Assembly (NCBI GenBank): GCA_963771175.1
Contig: CAVYSY010000032.1
Span: 32,001-96,000 of the forward strand
From: an uncultured delta proteobacterium
GTDB taxonomy: Bacteria; Myxococcota; Myxococcia; Myxococcales; Myxococcaceae
Length of the DNA: 64,000 bases
Direction: 5' to 3'
Shown here: piece after piece, positions 54,909-64,000 of the stretch
Layout: each line of letters starts with the position of its first letter
How positions within the stretch are numbered: position 1 is the first letter of the stretch
Translations under genes and position numbers: made by a program
The notes under the pieces: generated by a model
The model's database searches: none
What the model saw: the letters and a program-made list of their open reading frames with translations, nothing else
What the model was told of the DNA's origin: nothing

Positions 54909-55901
54909 TCAGACGAATTCGTGCGCCGGGAAGAGGAGGACGTCTCGAGATGGAGTGCACTCCCAGCAACAACATCAAGATACGGTCGAGCCCCACGGCG
55001 ATGCCCGCCGAGGGCGGCATTCGACCTACCGCGTCAAGGAACGCGCTCGTCCAGCGGATAGACGGCCCTCGCCCGCCTTGCGCGCGGAACTGCCTGCTCC
55101 TCGAGCAGCCGGGCACGCTGCTCCACCGCGTCGGTCAGCTCGCAGAAGCCGTTGGCCAGCTCCAGCCCTCCGGCGTACAGCTCCACGCGCTCGGCCACCG
55201 TGGGGTCCTCCGGCTTGAGGCGCGCCAGCGAGGCCATGGAGGCCGGGTACTCGGTCAGATAAGTGGGCCGCTCCCGACCCAGCGTCCCCTCCACCCTCTG
55301 TAGGAAGAGGTGGAAGAAGACGTCGTCGAAGCTCGTGGCGTCCCCGGTGCGCACCCCGAGCCGCCTCCGCCGCCCGCTTCAGCGAGGCCCCGTCCGGGCA
55401 GGCCCGCAGGTCCACCCCCGTCGCCCGCAGCACCGCGTCCCGCACCGAGAGCCGCTCGTAGGGCGTGCGAGCGAAGAAGCCATCGCCGCCCACCGCTCGG
55501 TCCGCCTCGGCCAGCGCCCCCTCCAGGTCCGCCATGATGGCGTGGTAGTCCGCTCGGGGCCGGTAGAACTCCAGCATCGTGAACTCGGGATTGTGGGTTT
55601 GCGAGACCTCCCCGTTCCGGAACACCTTGCAGATCTGGAAGAGGGGCCCCGCCCCGTCGGCGAGCAGCCGCTTCATCGCGTACTCGGGGCTGGTGTGCAG
55701 GTAGAGGGTGCGGCGCTGCCCCACGTCCGTCTCGGGGACGAAGGGGGCCTCGAAGGCGGTGATGTGCGGCTCCATCCCGGGGGCCGGGACGAGCAGCGGG
55801 GTGTCCACCTCGAGGTAGCCAAGCTGAGTGAAGAATCGACGGAGGGCTCCGTAGAGCGCCTGCCGCCCGGCGGCCGAGCGCCACTGGACTTGATTGGGCA
55901 T
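54909..55901 (-). CDS. epmA: EF-P lysine aminoacylase EpmA/GenX (frameshifted)
   Basis: YLEVDTPLL, YLHTSPEYAMKRLLA, FRNGE..HNPEFTMLEFY, ELANGFCELTD, MPPSAGIAVGLDRILM. Confidence 0.92.
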
Positions 55902-55931
55902 GGGCGCCGCGGAAGTTACATTGCGCGTCTC

Positions 55932-57766
55932 ATGCGCCCAAGGCTTCCCGCACTCGTCCTCTCCTTCAGCCTCAGCGCCCTCGGCGGGTGCGTCACGACT
56001 GGCTCCAACCCCCCACCTCCTCCGCTCACCGAGGAGCAGAAGCTCGCCACCGAGGTGGCCCGGCTCTCCTCCGAGGCCGAGGCCCTGCTCAAGGCTCAGG
56101 ATGAGCTGGTGTGGACGTACTGGGCCGAGGGTGCCCGCGCCGACGTGGCCTCCACGTACGTCGGCAAGGAGGCGCTGTTCAGCCTCGACAACATCCGGAA
56201 GATCGACCAGTTGCGCCGGCACACCACGGACCCGCGCGAGCTGCGCGCCCTCACCGCGCTCCAGTCGCACTTCGCCGGCGAGTACCTGTCGCAGCAGCTC
56301 GCCGAGGTGAACGACGCCATCGCCAACCTGGAGGCCTCGCTCTCCTTCCCCATGGATGGCCGCGAGGTGCACTGGCTCGACCTGGAGCGGCTGCTGGCCA
56401 ACGAGAAGAGCGCGGTGAAGCGCAGGGCCCTCTACACCGCGGCCACGCCCGCGCTGGAGCGGCTCAACCAGCTCATCCGCCGCCGCGAGGAGCGGACCGA
56501 GGCCCTGGTGCGCGAGCTGGGCTACCCCTCCTACGAGGCCTTCGGCGCCGAGCTGCGGCAGGCGGACTTCGCCCGGCTGGGCCTGCTGGCCGAGGAGGTG
56601 CTCCAGGCCACCGAGGCGCCCTACAAGGAAGTGATGGAGCGGCTCGCCCAGCGCGAGCTGGGGCTGCCCTTCGCGAGCCTCACCCGGGCGGACCTGCCCC
56701 GGCTGTTCCGCCCGCGTGACGTGGACGGCTTCTTCCCCAAGAGCGAGCTGCTGCTGCGCGCGCACGGCACGCTGTCGGGGATGGGCATCGACCTCGGCGG
56801 GATGAAGAACGTGCGCATCGACGCGCGCGACGACGTGCCGCGGAAGAACCCGCGCCCGCTGACGCTGGGCATCGGAGTGCCCGGGAGACGTGCGGATGTC
56901 GATGCGCCCCGTCGAGGGCGCGCTGGAAGCAGTCGCGGCTGATGCACGAGTTCGGCCACGCGCTGCACTACGCCTTCACGAAGGAGTCGCGCTTCGAGCT
57001 GGCCAAGCTGGGCAACGCCACCGTCACCGAGGCCTACGCCGCCCTCTTCGAGGACCTGATGGAGGACCCGGTGTGGCTGGAGGAGCATGCCGGGCTGTCG
57101 GACAAGCGAGCGCACCGAGTACCTGGCGGCGGCGAGCGCCCACAAGCTGTTCCTCATCCGCCGCGCCGCGGGCCGGCTGCTGTACCAGCTCGCGGTGCAC
57201 CGCCAGGAGGGCGCCGACACCCGCGAGCTGTACAAGGCCCTCATCACCCTCACGGACGCGATGCCGGCCACGGACGACGACGTGGCGCGCTACCTCGTGG
57301 ACCAGGAGGACTTCTACCAGTCCGCGGACAGCTTCCGCGCGTGGTTCCTCGCGGGCCAGCTCCAGGGACAGTTGAAGGCGCGCTTCGGCCCGTCCTGGTG
57401 GCACAGCCCCGAGGCCGGCACCTTCCTCCAGGGACTGTGGACCCACGGCAACGCACTCTCCGCGCGCGAGGTGGCCCAGGCCATGGGAGAGAGCGCCATC
57501 ACCCCGGACGTGCTGCTGCTGCGGCTCGGCACCACCCTGCAGGTCCCCGTCAAGTTGGATGCCCGAGACGAGCAGCAGCTCGAGCCCCACGCTCCGGCCT
57601 CCCCGAGCCCGCCCAGCCGCGCCGCGGCGGTACAGCCTTCCGCTCGAAGACGGCCGCGACGGTGAAGCGGCAGGCCCGCGCGTCGAAGGCCAAGAACGCA
57701 AGACCCAGAAAGCACGAAGGCTCCCGCCCGGAACACGGACGGAAGCCTCGGGGCAAGAGCCACTGA
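55932..57766 (+). CDS. Lipoprotein gluzincin metallopeptidase, M2/M3-like (frameshifted; 3' end uncertain)
   Basis: Lipobox ALGGC; KNPRP; HEFGHALH followed by TEAYAALFE. Confidence 0.7.
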
Positions 57767-57780
57767 TTCGGCCACCTCAC

Positions 57781-57809
57781 CCCGTCCCTCCCAGGTGGAG
57801 AGGGACGGG
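57781..57809. terminator. Hairpin between convergent genes (REP-like or terminator)
   Basis: CCCGTCCCTC-N9-GAGGGACGGG, perfect 10-bp stem. Confidence 0.55.
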
Positions 57810-57824
57810 TGGGGAACCCAGGGG

Positions 57825-58888
57825 CTACAGCAGCTTCATCAGCTCGGCGCGCTTGGCGTTGTACTCCTCGTCGCGAGAGCACGCCCGCGTCCTTCAGCTC
57901 CTTCAGCTCCTTCAGCCGCTGCGCCGGGCTGCGCGTGTCGGCCGCCGGGCGCCGCCGCGGGGCGGAGGCTGCTGCTGGCCTGGCTGCTGCTGCTGCTGTT
58001 CTGCTGCTGCTGGTTCGTGAACATCTGGGCCATGCCGAAGCCCATGCCCATGCCCATGCCCTGCAGCGCGCCGTCCGGCGCCGCCGCCGCCCTTGGCCAT
58101 GCCCTCGGCCGCGCCCAGCATCGCCTGGCCCTGCGCGTACTGCTGGAAGCCGCCCGCCAGCCGCGAGTAGGCCACGTCCTTGGACAGCTTCTTCAGCGTC
58201 GCCTCGTCCTCCTCCTTGATGCTGACGTGGAAGTTGCCCATGCGCACCACGGTCATGCCGTAGGCGTCCACGTGCGGCTTGAGGCCGGCGATGACCTCGG
58301 TCTCGATCTCCTCGGTGTACGCGCCGCTCGTCACGTCCAGCAGCGGCCACTTCTTCTTCACCAGCAGCTCGGCGATGCGGTCGCGCGTCACCTTGAGCAC
58401 CTGGTTCTTGAACCAGCCCAGGAACTCCTCGTTGCTCGTGCGGCCCATGCCCACCAGGCCCACCACCAGCTTCTCGGGGTCCGTCACGCGGATGGAGAAG
58501 TCGCCGTACACCATGGTCCCGATGCCCAGGCCCGTCTCCGGGTCGCGCACGTCGCCGATGGGCCCGCCGAACTTCACGCCCGCGAACTCGCGCGATGGAG
58601 ACGAAGAAGACCTCGGCGATGAAGAGGTTGCCGCCGGTGAACTTCTCGAGCAGCCGCGACGAGGAACGGGATGTTGCTGGTGTCCAGCGTGTGGCGCCCG
58701 GCCCCAGCTTGCCCTCCGACCTTGCCGTCCTTCACGAAGAGCGCGACCTCGTCCGCGTCGACGGTGAGCTGGGTCATCATCCGGATGTTGTTCTCCGGAT
58801 ACTTGTAGATGATCTCGTCCTTCGCCTCGTCGGCGCGCGCGATGAAGTTGCGCTTCGCCTCGCCCTTGATCGTGTCGAAGATTCCCAT
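57825..58888 (-). CDS. SPFH (band 7) domain protein with C-terminal SHOCT domain (frameshifted)
   Basis: IIYKYP..QLTVDADEVALFVKDG, LDTSNIP, GDFSIRVTDP, GMGMGMGFGMAQM, RLKELKELKDAGVL..EY. Confidence 0.85.
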
Positions 58889-59074
58889 CGTGCTTTCGTT
58901 GCCTCCAGACCGCGTCGACTGCACGGGAGCCCACGCCGCCGCCCCTTCCTAACGCATAGCGTCCGGGCCGATTGCATGCCCGCCGTTCGTACGGCTCCCG
59001 GCCTCTCGCCAGGAACCATGCCAGACTCACCGGATGCCTGGCCAGCCAGACGCGGCAGGCCACCGTCCGCCCGG

Positions 59075-59880
59075 CTACCCCCAGCGGCTGAGCAGGCGCT
59101 CCCGGTCCAGCAGGCGGATGCTCGCGCCACAGCAGCCCGACGTCCAGCAGCAGCACCACCGACGCCCTGCACGCGCGTAGTAGCCCGGCACCGGCCTGCA
59201 GCAAGCCCGCCACCTGGCCGGCCACCAGCCCCACGAGCGGCAGCACGACCAGCGCGGAGAGCTGCTGCGCCGGCGCGCGCCTCGCCCACCCGCGCGGAGA
59301 TCAGCACCGCCACCCCGTTGCCGAAGAAGGCGAAGAGCGGCGCCATCACCAGCACCCCGAAGAGCCACAGCCCATTGGGCAGCAGCAGCCCCTGCACCAG
59401 CGGCCACGCCACCACGTCCACGCCCACGCACAGCAGCACGAAGGCCACCCAGGTGATGGCCACCGCCGGCACCAGCGAGGCCAGGCTCTTGCCCGATCAC
59501 CAGCTCGGCCGCCGTCACCGGCGAGGCCAGCAGCGGCTCCAGGGTGCGCCGCTCCTTCTCCCCCGCCACGCTCTGCGAGGAGATGAGGATGGGGACGAAC
59601 ACCGGCATCACCAGGAACAGCCCGAACCAGTCGGCCAGCGTCGTCGACCAGGAAGCGCGCCGCGCTCGGCGTTCAGCGGCAGGCTCGGGTCGTAGTAGAG
59701 CGCGATCACCCGCAGGTTGGGGTCGTTCGGGTCGCGCACGTAGGTCCAGACGACGCCCATCGGCACCACCACCATCACCACCGGCAGCGCGAGCATGGCG
59801 GCCAGCAGCGCCGGGTTCTTGCGCAGGTCCAGGAAGTCCTTCCAGAACACGGCCAGCGCGCGCCGGGGACGGAACGCCAT
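59075..59880 (-). CDS. ABC-2 type permease (frameshifted)
   Basis: VFWKDFLDLRKN, SVAGEKERRTLEPLLASPV, multiple TMs, ends LDRERLLSRWG. Confidence 0.85.
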
Positions 59881-59882
59881 GC

Positions 59883-60817
59883 TCACGCCCTCCTCCTCGC
59901 GAATGAGCTCCAGGTAGACCTCTTCGAGCGGCCGCTGACGCCGGCACCGCGCTGCGCACGCGCGCGCCCGCGCCCACCAGGCACGCCACCACGTCCGGGG
60001 CCTGCTGCCTCGTCCGCCAGCATCACCCGCAGCCGCCCGCCCTCGGCGAGCACGTCGGGCGCGAACGGCAGCGCGGCCAGCGCCTGGACGGAAGCGCCGG
60101 CCTCGCCCTCCACCTTCACCTCCAGCGCGCTGCCCGTCGCGCCGCAGCTCGTTCACCGACGCCAGCGCGCAGCAGCCGCCCCTTCACCACCGCCACCCGC
60201 GTGCACAGCCGCTCCACCTCGGCGAGGTTGTGCGAGCACAGCACGATGGTGCGCCCCTCCGCCGCCAGCTCCGCCACCGCGTCGCGCACGGTGCGCGCCG
60301 ACTCGGGGTCCAGCCCGCGAGGTGGGCTCGTCGAGGAAGATGACCTTCGGGGTCGTGCACCAGCGTGCGCACGATGGCGAGCTTCTGCCGCATGCCCTTG
60401 GAGAAGCCGCCGCAGGGCTCGTCCTCGCGGCCCGCCAGCCCGAAGCGCTCCAGGTACGCGCTGGACGCGCGGCCAGGCGCCGCGCTCGTCCAGCTCGTGC
60501 AGCTTCATGAAGAAGCGCAGGTTCTCGCGCGCGCTGAGCCGCTCGTAGAGGCCGGGCTGCTCGGTGAGCAGCCCCACCACGCGGCGCAGGGCCTCGCCGT
60601 CCGTGCGCACCGACGTGACCCCAGCACACGGGCCTCGCCCTCCGAGGGGCGCAGCAGGCCGCGTGAGCATCCGCACCGTGGTCGTCTTCCCCGCGCCGTT
60701 GGGCCCGAGCAGACCGAACACCTCGCCGGGCGCGACCGTCGAAGGACAGCCCCTCCGACCGCGGTGCGCGCGCCGAAGCGCTTGCGCGAGGCCCTGGACG
60801 CTCGAGATGCCGCTCAA
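59883..60817 (-). CDS. ABC transporter ATP-binding protein (frameshifted)
   Basis: [43 protein letters not shown]. Confidence 0.88.
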
Positions 60818-63139
60818 TCGATGGTCACCAGGACGAACTTGTTGTTGATGTCGCGGTCGATGACGGTGACGATCTTGTCGGAGCCCACCGCGCTGCTGGA
60901 GGATGCCCAGGCGGTTGTGCTCCACCAGGGCCCACTCGCGGCCCGGCTGGTCCGCGAAGGGCTTGAGCTCTGGGCGCGCTCCCGGATCTGCTTCACCGTG
61001 TTGCGCGAGTAGAAGGTCTCGCCGCGCCAGTTCATCAGGAAGGCGGTGATGGGCTCGTCCGGCTTGCGCTGGTCGTAGTAGCGCCAGAACAGGTCGCGCT
61101 GCGTCCAGTGGTGGGACAGGTCCACCCAGTGGCTCCAGTTGAACCAGAGCGCGAAGCCGGCCGCGAGCGCCCAGAAGGTGCCGAACAGCATCACCCGCGC
61201 GCGCTGCAGCGCCGCCACCACGACCAGGGCGCCGGCCACCGCGAAGGCGAAGCCCATGGCCATCTTCACGTTCACCGGCTCGGACAGGGACTTGAGGAGC
61301 GAGTCGCTCAGCGCGGGCACCTGGAGGCCGCGCGCGAGCGAGCGCTCCGCCCACCAGGGCCAGCGTCCCGGCCAGCACCCACAGGCCGGTGCGCGACTCC
61401 GCGGCGAGCCTCGTCGCCTGCCACGCGAGCCAGCCGCCCACGAGGCCCAGCGCGAGGCCCATGAGCCACTGCGCGCCCACCGCGCCCCGCAGGGCCATGG
61501 GCACGAGGAAGGCCGCGCCCACGCCCAGGCACAGCAGCGCCACCGCGCGAGCGCCCACCGAGGCCCGAGCCTTCGCCGGGAACACGCCCACGGCGAGGTA
61601 GGCGCCCACGGCGAGCAGCACCAGCGTCAGCAGGTCGCCCATCCACAGCGGGCGCGAGACGAACATGGCGATGGGCTTGGTGACGAGCTCGGTGGGGTAC
61701 GGCCGGTCGTAGTTGTAGACGAAGAGGTCGGTGAAGTTCTTCGGGTTGCTGGCCAGGTCCTTGCCCACGAGGATGAAGAGGACGAGCCCGAAGATGAGGC
61801 TCATCGCGTGGGCGGAGATGCCCTCCTCCCACAGCCGGTCGACGAAGAGGGCGATGAGGATCGGCGAGGCCCGGCAGCACCGGGAAGACGTAGTGGTGGA
61901 ACTTGGTGGCCGAGGAGGCCAGCAGGAAGAAGGAGAAGGCCACCCACAGCGCGGCGATGAGCGCCAGGTGGTCCGCCTTGTCCCGCGAGCGCGGCTCGCA
62001 GCCGCGACACCACCGCGAAGGCGCCGGGCAGCAGCGCCACCCAGGGGAAGATGGCGAAGCCGCCCTGCTCGATGAAGTAGGTGAAGGTGCCGCCCGGGGT
62101 GGTGGTGTGCACGCCCGCGCTCAGGCGGTTGAGGTGGTCGTGGATGAAGAAGCGGTACCAGAAGAGCTTGCTCTCGTCGTCCACGCCGTCGAAGAGGGAC
62201 AGGGTGAGGTACCAGGGCACGGCCACCGCGCAGAACACGAGGATGCCGGTGCCCAGCTTCATCGTGAACATCTGCCCCCACAGCACCGGCATGGGCTGCT
62301 TGCCCTCGCGCACCTCGGCGCGGAAGGCCGGCTCCAGCAGCCAGCGCAGGTGCGCGTTGAGGCTCGCCGCGTCCTAGGGGATGACGGCGAAGAGGGCGTA
62401 GAGGACGAGGATGACGGCCGGCAGGCCCACGCCGAGCAGGCCCTTGGCCAGGGTGGACAGGCCCGCGAAGACGTAGAAGGCGTACCACCAGCCGGCGCGG
62501 TGCTTCGTGGTGTCGTCGAGCTGGCCGATCATCGCGCACGCCATGGCGCACACCAGCGTGGTGACGAAGGGCGTGTCCGTCACCGTCTGCCGGGTGAGCA
62601 GGAAGTAGAGCGGCATGGTGGCCAGCACGAAGCCGGTGGCCAGGCCCGCGCGCCGGTTCACCACGCGCGCCACCGCCAGCGACAGCAGCGACACCGCGGC
62701 GATGCTCAGCAGGGCGAAGGGCAGCCGCATGCCCCACTCGGTGTAGAGCGCCCAGCGCGCCCTCGGTGCGCAGCGTGCCCACCACCTGCATGCCCAGCGC
62801 CTGCATCCACATGGTGAGCGGCGGCTTGGAGAAGAACCACGCGTTCTCCCAGAAGGGGAACACGTAGTCGCGGCGCTGGATCATCTCGCGCGCCACCTCG
62901 CCGTAGTGCGTCTCCCAGGGGTCCCACAGGCCCACCGCGCCCAGGTAGGGGATGAAGAGCAGCGCCGCGAAGGCCGCCGTCGCCAACGCCACGCGCATCG
63001 TCGGGTCCAGCGCCATCCAGCGCCGCGCCCACGACTCCTGATGGATGCCCTTGCCGAGGATGGCCTCGGTGAAGGTCTGCGGCTCCTGCTGCTGCTCTGG
63101 TCCGTCGCTCGCCACGGGGAAACTCGCCTCCATCCGCAC
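60814..63139 (-). CDS. ArnT/PMT-family (GT-C) membrane glycosyltransferase (frameshifts, one internal TAG; start approximate)
   Basis: LWDPWETHYGEVAREM, FFSKPPL, RLPFALL, LAKG, KFHHYVFP; many TMs. Confidence 0.85.
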
Positions 63140-63362
63140 TGGCCCGCGCTCTCCGCACGGGTCGCGGCCTTATATCCCTGCCTCCCGCTCCGGTCGACCT
63201 CCGCCAGAGCAGGCTCCGTGCAGTCTGCCGCGCATCGTGCCGGGGACTGCACAGCTTCTTGCACATCCATCCCTCGCCGGGCTGGTATCCAGGCGAGGGC
63301 ATGGGTCTTGAATCGCACGCGCCCGCCCCCCCGCATGCCGCGGGACCCCCCGGAGACCCGAC

Positions 63363-64000
63363 ATGATGACGGCCGCGCTCCTCGCCCTCCTGCTCTCCCA
63401 GGTTGGAGGCCCCGAGGCCCCTGTGACGCTCGCCCCTCCGGAGACCCCCCTGCCCGTCCTGCGCTGGGACGGGTACAGCCAGTGCGCCTCGCTCGGGCCC
63501 TCGCCCCAGGTGCCATCGGGCCGCTATCGGGTGCAGTGCGAGGAGCGGAGCCGGCGCTGTCTCGTCGCGCCCGAGCACGAACTGGACGCGGATGGCACGG
63601 AGAGCGACCGGCCCCTCGAGCGCGTGCCCTTCTGCACTGAGAACACCGAGGACATCCGCCAGCGCGCGGCCGAGGGCTACACCTTCGTGCCCGCCCTCGC
63701 CGAGACACCGCCCGGCTGGTACCGCGACGAGCGCGGCCGGGTGATGCAGTTCAACTTCGACCTGCACCGGCGCGTCTGGCTCGGGGGCGCGTGGGCTCCG
63801 CTGTGGCGCCAGGACGAGGAGCGGAGCCTCGAGCGCGGCCGGGTGGACTTCGGCATCGTCACCGAGATTCCCCGAGGCGAGAAGCTGATGCACCGCCTCA
63901 CCCTGCTCGACACCGAGCTGGTCCTCGGAGAGCAGGCGTCGCTCGACTCCACGCTGCTGCGCTACGACACCAACGTCCGACGGGACAAGCCGCCCATCCG
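63363..64000 (+). CDS. Hypothetical exported protein, 5' part (frameshift near 63470; truncated)
   Basis: MMTAALLALLLSQ signal-like start; later frame YRVQCEE..RCLVAP..PPGWYRDERGRVMQFNFDL open to the window end. Confidence 0.6.
   Translation, partial: MMTAALLALLLSQVGGPEAPVTLAPPETPLPVLRWDGYSQCASLGPSPQVPSGRYRVQCEERSRRCLVAPEHELDADGTESDRPLERVPFCTENTEDIRQRAAEGYTFVPALAETPPGWYRDERGRVMQFNFDLHRRVWLGGAWAPLWRQDEERSLERGRVDFGIVTEIPRGEKLMHRLTLLDTELVLGEQASLDSTLLRYDTNVRRDKPPI

Noticed and set aside
57950..58050. CTG/CAG and ATGCCC microsatellites as phase-variation tracts
   Set aside because: They encode the Gln-rich and GMGMG linker of the SPFH protein; in-frame low complexity.
62374..62376. In-frame TAG in the ArnT-like gene as recoding (pyrrolysine or readthrough)
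   Set aside because: Most simply a TGG-to-TAG error in an error-rich zone; no pyl genes in the window.

Overview
High-GC myxobacterial chromosome segment (Archangium/Cystobacter/Stigmatella-like by gene content). It is mostly housekeeping: smpB-sspB, panBC, rsmA, tsaD, trmL, a PP2C phosphatase, amgK/murU-like genes, cystathionine beta-synthase and gamma-lyase/synthase, rRNA methyltransferases, glycerate kinase, a TonB receptor, a pncB-pncA-nrtR NAD salvage operon, ppa, epmA, an ABC transporter and an ArnT-like glycosyltransferase. Many genes carry single-base frameshifts that look like long-read errors, so several coordinates are reconstructed across frames. The accessory region at ~23.8-36.8 kb holds two lipoprotein toxin/immunity pairs. 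The main finding is a ~2.86-kb minimal large-serine-recombinase element, bounded by a GGTTCCGG direct repeat, that splits a SitA5-type toxin gene; precise excision restores the frame (LWLLPEP|STK). Other highlights: a panB leader with mutually exclusive anti-SD folds (riboswitch-like), a GT-N7-AC NrtR operator, and a giant J-domain protein with ~100 EEARLA repeats. Family names come from motif recognition; no database searches were run.
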